Below, one piece after another: positions 10,301-17,832 of a DNA stretch of 34,571 bases. The stretch's first letter is position 1, and every line of letters starts with the position of its first letter. The position numbers were made by a program, and so were the translations under genes. The DNA is from a virus, in IMG/VR virus record IMGVR_UViG_3300045988_057161, positions 1-34,571 of that record; one strand, written 5' to 3'. Below the pieces are notes generated by a model. That model was not told where the DNA came from and did not search any database. It saw only the letters and a list, made by a program, of their open reading frames with translations.

Positions 10301-10654
10301 GTCCGCGGACGAGTGGGTGGCAGCCTGTACGGACGACATGGACGCGTCGAAGTCGGCGGACATCTTCCCGGCCATGCCCGCGAACCCGAGCAGACCCGCG
10401 CCGACACCCGCAACTGCCGTACCCACCGTAGTCCAAGCCGCCCCGTTCTGGCGCGCAGAGTCAGCAAGACCAGCAAGCCCGGACTTGCCTCGCTCGCCGG
10501 CATTGCCCATCTGGTCGCCGGCGCCCTGCGCGGCCTGGCCGGCCTGCGACATCGCGTCCGCGGCACCCTTCGTTGCAGACGACGCCTCCTGCATGCCGGC
10601 CTTCACTCCGGATGCGTCGGCGGTCAGCTTGACAACTACGGTTCTGTCGGCCAC
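7340..10654 (-). CDS. Tail tape measure protein
   Basis: 1104-aa ORF, the largest gene, immediately after the G/G-T chaperone pair. Gly/Ala-rich with hydrophobic segments (TVGTAVAGVGAGLLGFAGMAG; NFAAFGGAALTAVGGLMVMAP) and a GSDAIRAANVLY-type core typical of TMPs. Confidence 0.9.
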   Translation of the reverse strand: MADRTVVVKLTADASGVKAGMQEASSATKGAADAMSQAGQAAQGAGDQMGNAGERGKSGLAGLADSARQNGAAWTTVGTAVAGVGAGLLGFAGMAGKMSADFDASMSSVQAATHSSADEMSQLREAAIQAGADTAFSATEAASGIEELAKAGVSTKDILAGGLSGALDLAAAGEISVSEAAETAATAMVQFNLSGDKVTHVADLLAAGAGKAQGGVHDMAYALKQSGLVASQAGLSIEETTGSIAAFASAGLIGQDAGTSFKTMLQRLENPSKGAKNAMDDLGIHIYDAQGHFIGITAVAEQLRNGMKDLGEEERNTAMSTIFGSDAIRAANVLYNEGGEGIQGWIDKVNDAGYAAETARLKQDNLKGDIEKLGGSWETAMIKIGSSSQAPVRSVVQHITSLVDKLGELGSGTQSMIMNFAAFGGAALTAVGGLMVMAPKIVEIKDAMNTLNWTAAGLKGKLGEVATGMTGFGRAGRMMITAALIEGVKHYGDEVRRTGVSVDEMSTALAHGGSVMNNLDFDKGKYSLQEYSQALADISRPSVWSSVQQHLASFADGIAGAFGADTRSDLQRTKDALETTGKALSGMSTDDAVVQFKKLSSEMSNGTNKSMIDLINSMPDFKSHLNEVAKQMGLTADDNTRLAIALGQIDPNAQQAAGGTSQLDAAIRKAKEGTDQIVPSIEEVIKGIKTYGDTVIANSNADIKFQEALKNVNDAVKENGATLDITTEKGRKNQSALNDLASATFAQVQAAQAAGAGQEELQEKMQTGRDAFISAAESMGLTEDEAVELADKYGLIPEKVTTEISADATQATETADGATAEINGMTGTISISGDAANADYTLTVTADSINGTTGVVEIDADNDQGLAGLQETVQTIDNSDGTVSILGDATGARWEKDSVHTEIDNTTGTVTISGNDQASGKVRTVKYNIDQLHDKEISITTRIKQIFTSVGHWIGDHVPKGSWLRADGGPITPIKGYANAGAVHGPGGGRDDWIPAWLSNGEHVLTAAEVAAAGGQDAVYRLRKMIRDGDIRNYMEARRFADGGALAASSPSITGVGGVSVKQLRKAMDGMNLELTVDGQTTLTTRMKSVADGRIVTANRMMGR

Positions 10655-10664
10655 AAGACTCTCC

Positions 10665-11566
10665 TCACTCCTGTTCGGATTCTACCTTGGCGTCCGCAAC
10701 GTACAGGAGCGCCCCTTCCTTTGGCGGGGAGATCAGGTCGCCGTGCTTGTTCCGCTCAGAGTGGTCTTTCTCCCACCGTTCACGGGCAGCTTTCGCGTAA
10801 CAGACCACCTCTCGGGCTTCGAACCAGCCGTCCATGAACTCGTCCCAGGCCACATCGCGCGGGTAGCCGCACCCGCACGGACACAAGGATGACTCGTACA
10901 GAGAGTAGGCGTTCGCCAGGTCATAGTCCTGGGCCACCCACTCGCCAGACCGGCGCAGAATTCCCGTCGGCGGGCGCCCCCACCCCATGGCAGCTTTCGC
11001 CATGGACCGCAGCCAGGCCCCGGTCGGGGCAGTCAGGACCTGGACGAGAAAGGGGCGGTAATGGTGGGGCTCTCCGTGTCGACGGCGCGAATGCAGCGGG
11101 ACAGCTTCTCGACCTGCTGCGGTGACGCCTGGTACAGGCCGGCGATGTCCTCGCCGGTCACGCCGGTCGGCTCCACGATGTGCGCGGCAATGAATGCGCA
11201 CTCCATCTCGTGGGTGACAGGGTCATCCTTCGTGCGATGGCCGAGAGACTCCATGAGCTCCTTCTGCGCGTACACGGACATCGTCTGCACAACGAACTCC
11301 ACCGCTGAGCCCTTCAGTTCGGCGAGCGTCGCATTGGCCTTGTCGAGAAGCTCCTTCTTACGCTCATCAGACAGGCCGGGCAGGCGGGCCTCCTCGTCCA
11401 GGCGGTCAATCACAGCGAGCAGGTCGGTACGCCCGTACAGCATGCATGACTTCCTGGTCGGCTGGAACCCGGCCATCCACGCCGCGAAATCAAACTTCTC
11501 CGGCGTGTCCGCGCCGTCGGTGCGGTCCTTGAAGTTGTCAGCGTCGACATCAACACGGTCGCTCAT
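10665..11566 (-). CDS. Tail assembly chaperone G-T fusion made by a programmed -1 frameshift (about 301 aa)
   Basis: ORF 10665..11201 has no plausible independent start. It is in the -1 frame relative to 11033..11566 and overlaps it. The slip at CCCTTTC gives ...TITAPF|LVQVLTAPTG.... This G/G-T architecture is conserved in tailed phages. Confidence 0.7.
11033..11566 (-). CDS. Tail assembly chaperone (gpG-like)
   Basis: 177-aa acidic ORF between the major tail protein and the TMP. Its 3' end overlaps a second ORF in the -1 frame at a slippery heptamer. Confidence 0.8.
   Translation of the reverse strand: MSDRVDVDADNFKDRTDGADTPEKFDFAAWMAGFQPTRKSCMLYGRTDLLAVIDRLDEEARLPGLSDERKKELLDKANATLAELKGSAVEFVVQTMSVYAQKELMESLGHRTKDDPVTHEMECAFIAAHIVEPTGVTGEDIAGLYQASPQQVEKLSRCIRAVDTESPTITAPFSSRS
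11048..11054 (-). promoter_or_regulatory. -1 ribosomal frameshift slippery heptamer C CCT TTC (X XXY YYZ)
   Basis: The plus strand reads gaaaggg. The minus strand reads ccctttc, in frame as gcC CCT TTC in the G frame and ccc ttt ctc in the T frame. It lies 4 codons before the G stop. Confidence 0.65.
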
Positions 11567-11598
11567 CGGCGTCCCCTGTCTGCGGTCCCAAGCGGTCT

Positions 11599-11650
11599 AT
11601 GTGCGGTGTTGCCCCCGCCGCCAGAGACCGCACATGGCAGCGGGGGCAAC
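11599..11650 (-). terminator. Interlocked stem pairs (possible attenuator/terminator) between the major tail protein and chaperone genes
   Basis: atgtgcggt (11599-11607) pairs with accgcacat (11627-11635). gttgcccccgc (11608-11618) pairs with gcgggggcaac (11640-11650). The arms are interleaved A-B-A'-B'. There is no U-tract. Confidence 0.4.
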
Positions 11651-11676
11651 AGGCCCAGTGTACAGGGTGGCGTATG

Positions 11677-12471
11677 TCAGGCGCCGACCGTGTAGGACTT
11701 CCCGGCGGACGCGCCGACCGCGTTCGTGACAATGAAGTTGCCGGCCTGGACGCCGACAGGCAGGACCGCGCTGATAGCGGTCTGAGACAGCACACGGTAG
11801 GAAGCGACCGGGGTGGTCTTCCCGTTCACCGTGCAGGTGACGCCGGTGACGCCCACGAAGTTCGTACCGGTGATCAAGACAGTGTCGCCGGCCTTCTTCC
11901 CTGACGGGTCGATCGACGTGATCGTGGGCGCAGCCTGAACCTTGCCGCCGCCGACGGTGATCTCGTTCTCCAGGGCGTCAGAAATGAACAGGGACACGGT
12001 GCGCTTCGTGTACGTGGTCCTGTCGTCAGGCTTCTGCGGCTGGCCGGGGGCGACGTGATACCAGTCGACGTCATCTCCGTTCGTGAACGGCTCTTCAGGC
12101 TTCTTGCCTTCGCGCTCGTACAGCTCGAACTCGCGGCCGGTCTGCTTCAGCAGCTCCCAGACGGCGTTGTCGCCACCCTGGACCTTCTGACCGTTGTCGT
12201 CGAAGAACCAGTAGACGCTGACCTGCCCCTCGTACTCGGCGGGGCCAGGGACGGTGCCCTTGCCGGCAGCACCGAGGACGGGCTCTTCGACGCTGGTGCT
12301 GCCCTTGGAGCCGAGCTTGTAGTCGGACTTCATGACAGACATCTCGAAGTGGATGCCCTTGTTCAGCTCATCCGCGGTCGGCGCCTTCCTGTTAGCGACC
12401 GGGGCGGAGTCGGTGCCCAGGGCGACGAGCGTGATGCGGCCGTCGCCGAGCGTCCGGATTGACGAAGCCAT
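11677..12471 (-). CDS. Major tail (tube) protein with a C-terminal Ig-like (IPT/TIG-type) domain
   Basis: 264-aa ORF directly upstream of the chaperones, with a strong SD (ggagagaggagaaag). The C-terminal 85 aa, PTITSIDPSGKKAGDTVLITGTNFVGVTGVTCTVNGKTTPV...IVTNAVGAS, resemble IPT/TIG Ig-like domains. Confidence 0.75.
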   Translation of the reverse strand: MASSIRTLGDGRITLVALGTDSAPVANRKAPTADELNKGIHFEMSVMKSDYKLGSKGSTSVEEPVLGAAGKGTVPGPAEYEGQVSVYWFFDDNGQKVQGGDNAVWELLKQTGREFELYEREGKKPEEPFTNGDDVDWYHVAPGQPQKPDDRTTYTKRTVSLFISDALENEITVGGGKVQAAPTITSIDPSGKKAGDTVLITGTNFVGVTGVTCTVNGKTTPVASYRVLSQTAISAVLPVGVQAGNFIVTNAVGASAGKSYTVGA

Positions 12472-12538
12472 ATCGGCTTTCTCCTCTCTCCGACGCCGCG
12501 TCAGCGCCGGACAACGTACGTTTCTAGGTCAGTTTAAC

Positions 12539-12961
12539 TCAGGCGAATCTTTTGAACGCCGTAACCTGCCACATGTCTACCGAGTAGAACAGGTGCCCGT
12601 AGGCGGGGATGTCTACCTGGTCGTCGCGGAGCAGGCCGGACGAGTAGGACAGGCGCAGCGGTTCCACGTGACAGCCGCCGACCTTCAGTTCGTAGCCGTC
12701 GAGGGCGCCACGGACGTCATCTGTTACGGTCAGCAGCCTGTCAGCGGTGCCCGCGACCACGGTGAGCGGCTGCAGGAAGCTAATCTCGTCGGCGGCGTTA
12801 CCGAGCGTACCGGCCTTGCCGGCGCCAGCGGCGGGCAGCTTCACGAGCACGTACGGGACGTTCGGCCTGGCTTTCGTGACCTCGCCGAGGTACACGTCGT
12901 ACCCGCACCGGTCCCGGCACGCCCTCTCCATTGCTTTCACGAACGGGCCGATCTTGATCAT
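12539..12961 (-). CDS. Tail terminator / tail completion protein
   Basis: 140-aa ORF immediately upstream of the major tail protein. Its start overlaps the stop of the previous gene. The call is by synteny. Confidence 0.55.
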   Translation of the reverse strand: MIKIGPFVKAMERACRDRCGYDVYLGEVTKARPNVPYVLVKLPAAGAGKAGTLGNAADEISFLQPLTVVAGTADRLLTVTDDVRGALDGYELKVGGCHVEPLRLSYSSGLLRDDQVDIPAYGHLFYSVDMWQVTAFKRFA

Positions 12962-13335
12962 GACAGCTTGTCCAGTATCTCGTCGAGGGTGGAGGCAATC
13001 TCGTCGGCGACTTTGTCGTCCATGTAGTCGGCAGGGTGCGGCATGCCGCCGCCGCCCTTAGGAGTGCCCCAGATCGCGATGTTAGCTAGCGCGCCCTTTG
13101 GTTTTGACGGGCCGAACTCAGCCTGGACGACAGCGCCGGACGGCTTCGTGTCGTAGGAGAACGTGTCGCCCACCTTGGCGATTCCTTTGTTAGGGAACGC
13201 CCGGTAGTCCTGCCGCGCCCTCTCTTTCGCCGAGTCCAAGGCGTTGCGCACACCGACCTGCACTGCCGCCCCGGCCTCCTGGGCGGCAGCGAAGTCAGCG
13301 GCAAGAGCGCGCAGCTGTGTCACGTCGGCAGGCAT
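12958..13335 (-). CDS. Head-tail joining protein (HK97 gp10-like neck protein)
   Basis: 125-aa ORF in the head-tail connector block. Its start shares 1 nt with the upstream stop (TGATG). Confidence 0.5.
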   Translation of the reverse strand: MPADVTQLRALAADFAAAQEAGAAVQVGVRNALDSAKERARQDYRAFPNKGIAKVGDTFSYDTKPSGAVVQAEFGPSKPKGALANIAIWGTPKGGGGMPHPADYMDDKVADEIASTLDEILDKLS

Positions 13336-13706
13336 CAGTCAGTCTCCGCATCTACGAGCATGCGCGTCGCGGTCCTGTGCGTTTGGTTGATCAGGCCGCG
13401 CACACGGAACGGGTACGCGTACCCGGTCACGGTGGCGACGTCACCGACGTGCGGCTCGTACGATACGCCGCGAGGAATGTGCAGCTCGGTCTGCTGCAGT
13501 TCGTACGTGTGGCCGGCCGTGGTCGGGGCAGTGCCGTACGACGTCTGCTGCCGCAGCCGGCACTTTCCTTCGTACACGCGAGCCACGGCGGGCTCGTCAT
13601 GGCCGGCCTGCGGGTTCCAGTTCATCGCCCTTTCGGGCCGGTCGATCACACATGAGTCGACCATCAACCATTCGGCTCGCCGTCTGCGGGCGTGCGGGTG
13701 GCTCAC
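13335..13706 (-). CDS. Head closure / head-tail adaptor protein
   Basis: ORF 13335..13769. The preferred start is GTG 13706, in a GTGA overlap with the upstream stop. An alternative start is ATG 13664. Position is between the gp6-like connector and the gp10-like protein. Confidence 0.5.
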   Translation of the reverse strand: MSHPHARRRRAEWLMVDSCVIDRPERAMNWNPQAGHDEPAVARVYEGKCRLRQQTSYGTAPTTAGHTYELQQTELHIPRGVSYEPHVGDVATVTGYAYPFRVRGLINQTHRTATRMLVDAETD

Positions 13707-14155
13707 GGTCTGCCCCTGATCGCGTCGATCCAGCCGCTGTCGCCGTACCGGTTCGTTGCGGGCGGCCACACTTCCCTGTAGGTGCCTATCACGCCGAGCC
13801 CGCGGGTGGGGGCGTCCTCAATGTACAGGAGCAGCGATTTCTTCTCAGTGGGTGTCAGGTACAGCCCATCCTCGGGGACGGGCTTCCCGCCACCCATCCA
13901 GTCGTCGAGTCGTTCGTAGTTCCACGACTCTGGGTTGACGTACGCTCGCGCCGCGCAGGACAGGATGATTTCCTGCACGCCGCCAGGGACGTCGGCCGGG
14001 GTCCACGGGCGTACGACACGCCCGCAGGTTTCAAGAACAAGGGACGTGGCGCGCCGCAGGAGCCACTTGGCGCGACGGACGTCACCGTCCTCGGTGATGC
14101 TCTCTCCGAGCCAGTCTCCAAGGTCGGTGACGTCCGCCAGCGCTGTGGTGGGCAT
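13703..14155 (-). CDS. Head-tail connector (gp6-like) protein
   Basis: 150-aa ORF, the first gene after the major capsid protein. The N-terminus ALADVTDLGDWLGESITEDGDVRRAKWLLRRATSLV resembles the gp6-like connector family. Confidence 0.55.
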   Translation of the reverse strand: MPTTALADVTDLGDWLGESITEDGDVRRAKWLLRRATSLVLETCGRVVRPWTPADVPGGVQEIILSCAARAYVNPESWNYERLDDWMGGGKPVPEDGLYLTPTEKKSLLLYIEDAPTRGLGVIGTYREVWPPATNRYGDSGWIDAIRGRP

Positions 14156-14160
14156 TGCGA

Positions 14161-15090
14161 TCAGGCGAGTCCGAAAGCGGTGGCGCGCTGGGCGTCCATG
14201 ACGGCAGCACCGAAGAAAGCGTCGACAACGGCGCGGTCCTCGGCCTGGTCCGGGTCGTAATCGCAGATCAGACGCAGGGCAAAACCGTCCTCGGCGTGGT
14301 TCGCGCCGTAGGAGGCGCCGAGCGGCACGGTCGCAGCGCGCAGAGCCATCGTGAACGCGTCACGCTGGTAGGCGATGCCGAACTTCTCCGGGAGGCGCGG
14401 GTCCTCGATGATGGTGAAGCCCTTCAGACGGCTGATGATGGCCTCGTGGAGGCTGTCGCCGTCGTCGGCCTGGTAGGCGGCGGACGCCAGGTCGCGGTTC
14501 TTCTGGATGACCTCGGCGACACCGGGGCCAACGGCGATCGTGCGGTCCGAGGTGGGGACCTCGCGGCTGTTGAGGACTCGGGCGAGTCGGGCCACGACCT
14601 CGAGGACGTTCGTGGAGTCGCTCTTCAGCTTGAGGGCCTTAGCGTCGGTGTAGTCAACGCCGGCAGCGGCAGCGTCCGCGGCCTGCGAAGCCTTGATCGT
14701 GACCATGAGCGCGGCCAGCTTCTTGGGGAGCTCATCAACGACAGCCTCGGCGGTCGGCTTAGCGACCTCGTCCTCGAAGGACTGCAGGGTCCACGTGTAC
14801 CAGTCGGAGGGCAGGCGAACCGCGGAGTAGATCTGGTCGGCGAGCTCGACGGGCACGTACTGGCGAGTCAGGTCGGTGTAGCCGATGGCGTGGCGTGCGG
14901 CGCGCTCGGCCTTAGTGCGTGTCGCGGCGGTCGCCTTGACAGGCATGGGCACGTTGACGGTGCTGCCGTAGCCGGCCTCGTAACCGGACTCGGCGTCACG
15001 GTTGATAGTGCGCGGCAGGGCGGACAGGTAGCGGAGAGCGGCGACGGAGCTCTTGGTGACCTTCATCGCCGGGGTTGCAAAGTTAGCCAT
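14161..15090 (-). CDS. Major capsid protein
   Basis: 309-aa ORF immediately after the scaffolding gene, with a strong SD (aggaaggaagcccc ATG). The call is by synteny. The 440-aa plus-strand ORF over it is a GC shadow. Confidence 0.8.
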   Translation of the reverse strand: MANFATPAMKVTKSSVAALRYLSALPRTINRDAESGYEAGYGSTVNVPMPVKATAATRTKAERAARHAIGYTDLTRQYVPVELADQIYSAVRLPSDWYTWTLQSFEDEVAKPTAEAVVDELPKKLAALMVTIKASQAADAAAAGVDYTDAKALKLKSDSTNVLEVVARLARVLNSREVPTSDRTIAVGPGVAEVIQKNRDLASAAYQADDGDSLHEAIISRLKGFTIIEDPRLPEKFGIAYQRDAFTMALRAATVPLGASYGANHAEDGFALRLICDYDPDQAEDRAVVDAFFGAAVMDAQRATAFGLA

Positions 15091-15105
15091 GGGGCTTCCT
15101 TCCTA

Positions 15106-15654
15106 TCAGCGGCGACCGAAGATCCGGTTGCCAATGGTGGTGATGTTCTCGTCATCGTCGTCGTCTCCGACCGGGGCGAACGGCGTCGCCTGCGGCTGGG
15201 GGGCGATGATCGCGGCGAGCTTCTGAGCATCCTCGGGGGTATTGAGGGTGACGTAGTCGGCGAGCTCGGGGGCGAGGCCTGCAGACTTGAGGGACTCCTG
15301 GGTAGCGAGCTTCGCCTTCAGGTTATCCAGTTCGGCGCGGGCGGCCTCGGCGAGAGCCTTGTAGTCAACGGCCGGCTGCGGGTCGGCGGTGGGCTCCTCG
15401 GCTGGGACCTGCGGTGCCGGCTCTACGGCGCCCGTGTCGGCGGGCGCTGCCTCGGGCTTGTCGGCGGGCTTCGCTGACGCGTCTCCGTCAGGAGTGGACT
15501 GCTCGGGCTGGGGGGCGGCAGCGTCCGCGGGCGCTGCCTCGGGCTTGTCGGCGGGCTCTTCGACGCCCGTCGCCGACTTCGGGTCGGCCTTAGCGTCGCT
15601 GTCGGTGGATGCCGCGGACGCGGACGCGTCCCGGCGGGGCTCCGAATCGGCCAT
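15106..15654 (-). CDS. Scaffolding protein
   Basis: 182-aa acidic Ala/Pro/Glu/Asp-rich protein with a helical C-terminal half, located between the MuF-like and capsid genes. It contains an in-frame 31-bp direct repeat (15440-15470 and 15527-15557) that gives a duplicated ADKPEAAPAD. Confidence 0.75.
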   Translation of the reverse strand: MADSEPRRDASASAASTDSDAKADPKSATGVEEPADKPEAAPADAAAPQPEQSTPDGDASAKPADKPEAAPADTGAVEPAPQVPAEEPTADPQPAVDYKALAEAARAELDNLKAKLATQESLKSAGLAPELADYVTLNTPEDAQKLAAIIAPQPQATPFAPVGDDDDDENITTIGNRIFGRR

Positions 15655-15690
15655 TAGCTCCTCCTTTTGGTGTGCTGCGTGCAGTATATA

Positions 15691-16482
15691 TCAACGGGTC
15701 TTCCACCCGTCAGAGAACAGCTCCGGGGCGACGCGCCGCATTTCCATGGTGATGTTGTGCCTGCCAGGCCGACCGGACAAGGCTTCGCCGGACGCATGGA
15801 TGTTCGCGGCGGCTTCCTGGTAGGCGGCGTTGATACGCAGCTCGCGTGACGTCGCGGACCGCTTCAGCCATTCGTTGGGGGTTTCCTTGCAGATTTCCCA
15901 GGTGCAGTCGCAGCAGCGGTGGGCGCGAAACGTGACGGTGTCTTCGGTGTAGACGGGTCCGCGGGCTGCGAGCATGGAGCAGAACGCGCATGTCTTGCCG
16001 ACGATTACGCGCCTGCACTTCAGTCGGGTGCGTCTGGCGGATTGGATGACGTAGTCGCGGGATGCGGACTCGACGCGGGTGCGGCCCCATTGGGCGGCCC
16101 AGTCACGCATTTCGGCGACAGCTTGCTCTCCGCTGATGCCGCGGCGGATGAGGGTTTTCGCACGGACAGGGCCGGAGTAGAACGCGGTACGGACGGCGTC
16201 CTGCCTGGCGATAGGGCGGACAGCGGGGAGGGCCGACAGGTCAATGTCTTCGGCGCGGGCGTACCGGGCGAGGTACTGGGCCGTGAGGGCGCGACCTTGC
16301 CGGGTGCCGGCCTGAATGGCGTCGGCGGCTTTCTTCACCGCGTACTGGTGGACGCCGCCGATGTCGTCCGGGTCGATATCGTCCATGGCGTCAGCTACTG
16401 CGAGCCCTGTGGCGGCAGCCATCGCGGAGATGTGCCGCTGGTATCCAGCGGTGAGGGCCGCTCCGGCGGCGGTGAGGGCCAC
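15691..16482 (-). CDS. MuF-like head morphogenesis (minor capsid) protein
   Basis: 263-aa ORF directly after the portal. The C-terminal motif VGKTCAFCSMLAARGPVY...FRAHRCCDC matches the CxxC...HxxCxC signature of SPP1 gp7 / Mu F-like proteins. Confidence 0.7.
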   Translation of the reverse strand: MALTAAGAALTAGYQRHISAMAAATGLAVADAMDDIDPDDIGGVHQYAVKKAADAIQAGTRQGRALTAQYLARYARAEDIDLSALPAVRPIARQDAVRTAFYSGPVRAKTLIRRGISGEQAVAEMRDWAAQWGRTRVESASRDYVIQSARRTRLKCRRVIVGKTCAFCSMLAARGPVYTEDTVTFRAHRCCDCTWEICKETPNEWLKRSATSRELRINAAYQEAAANIHASGEALSGRPGRHNITMEMRRVAPELFSDGWKTR

Positions 16483-16485
16483 GAG

Positions 16486-17826
16486 TCAGGACTCCTCTGC
16501 AGGTGGGGTGCCTTCCCCATCGGCAGTGAGGGCGCGGGCGTACGCCTCCAGCTCGGATGGGTGCGCGTCCGCGTACTCCTGCCACTCCTGCGCTTCGGCG
16601 GGCGACACGCCGGGGATCCGCTGCCACAGCAGCTGGGCGGGGACGCCGAGCGACTGAGACAGTTTGCCGAGGGCGTCCGCGGCCTGCGACAGCGATCGGG
16701 CCTCTGTGTCACGCCAGTCGACGCGGAGCGTGTAGTCGTTCGCGTCACCGGTCCGGCTCTCCAGCTGAGCGGAAGCGCGGAGTGCGTTCAGAAGTGGCCG
16801 GCCGAGGGCCCGCTGGATTGCGGTGATGTGCGCCCGTTCTGCGGACTTTGCCTCGGCGAGCGCGTCGGCGGATAGGTTCACGAGTTGGGAGCCGGACAGC
16901 GACCATGACGGGATGGACGCGAGCGCGGCCAGGGCACCGAGGTCGGCACGCTCTGCGTCGAGGACGGACTGCATGCTGGTCTCGGGCAGTGACCCGAAAC
17001 TGACGCCATCACCGCCGGTCAGGATTGACGCGGTCGACAGGTGCGCTTTCATTCGCTCGGCGTCTTCGAGGCTGCCAGGGTCGTCCAGGCCGGTGACGGT
17101 CTTCACGCGCCATGAGTTGGAGTGTTGGATAAGGAGCCGGTCGTGGACTGTCTTGATGTACCGGCGGGCGGGGATCCGCAGACGGTCTACGAGGGACTCC
17201 GCGTCACCGTCGATGGACAGGTAGGGGGCGAAACGGCAGACCGGGGCGTACCCAAGGCCGTGATGGACGGACTCGTAGGGGTTGCCCGCACGGTCAATGC
17301 GGACCAAGTCTTGGTCTGTGACGTATAGGGTCGGGCGGCCGCCTTTTGTGAGGAACACGGCGCGGGCGGGCCAGTCCGCGGTGGGGTCGCCGCCCCAGTC
17401 CACGCCGACGCGGGCGACTGAGGCGGCCTCGAGCTTCGCGGCCGGCCCGTTCGGTGCAACCAGCAGGAACGCCTCTCCGTCGGTCAGGGCGGCTTTCCAA
17501 AGGGCGGTCTGACGTGTTGGCATGCCGGCGCGCTCCCATGGCGCCCACAGCGCGGCGAGGTCGCCCTGCTGATCGGCGGTGCGGGTGACGCCGTCGGCGA
17601 TGATCTGACGGCCGAGTGTGTCCACGAGAAGGGCGAGGGTGGGGCTGAGTGCGAGCGCGCGGAGACGCCTCTGGTCGTCGCTCTTGCCGCCGCCATCCAC
17701 GGTCGCGAGCGGCGCGCCGATGCCGGGTGTTGTCGACCCGGGGACGAGGTCCTCTTGCCGCTGCTGAGCCTCCCACCGTTTCTCGGCGGTGTCCTCGGCG
17801 AGCTTCTCCCAGGGGCGGTCACTCAT
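16486..17826 (-). CDS. Portal protein
   Basis: 446-aa ORF starting 7 nt after the large terminase stop. The call rests on size and synteny. Confidence 0.8.
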   Translation of the reverse strand: MSDRPWEKLAEDTAEKRWEAQQRQEDLVPGSTTPGIGAPLATVDGGGKSDDQRRLRALALSPTLALLVDTLGRQIIADGVTRTADQQGDLAALWAPWERAGMPTRQTALWKAALTDGEAFLLVAPNGPAAKLEAASVARVGVDWGGDPTADWPARAVFLTKGGRPTLYVTDQDLVRIDRAGNPYESVHHGLGYAPVCRFAPYLSIDGDAESLVDRLRIPARRYIKTVHDRLLIQHSNSWRVKTVTGLDDPGSLEDAERMKAHLSTASILTGGDGVSFGSLPETSMQSVLDAERADLGALAALASIPSWSLSGSQLVNLSADALAEAKSAERAHITAIQRALGRPLLNALRASAQLESRTGDANDYTLRVDWRDTEARSLSQAADALGKLSQSLGVPAQLLWQRIPGVSPAEAQEWQEYADAHPSELEAYARALTADGEGTPPAEES

Positions 17827-17832
17827 GGGCGG

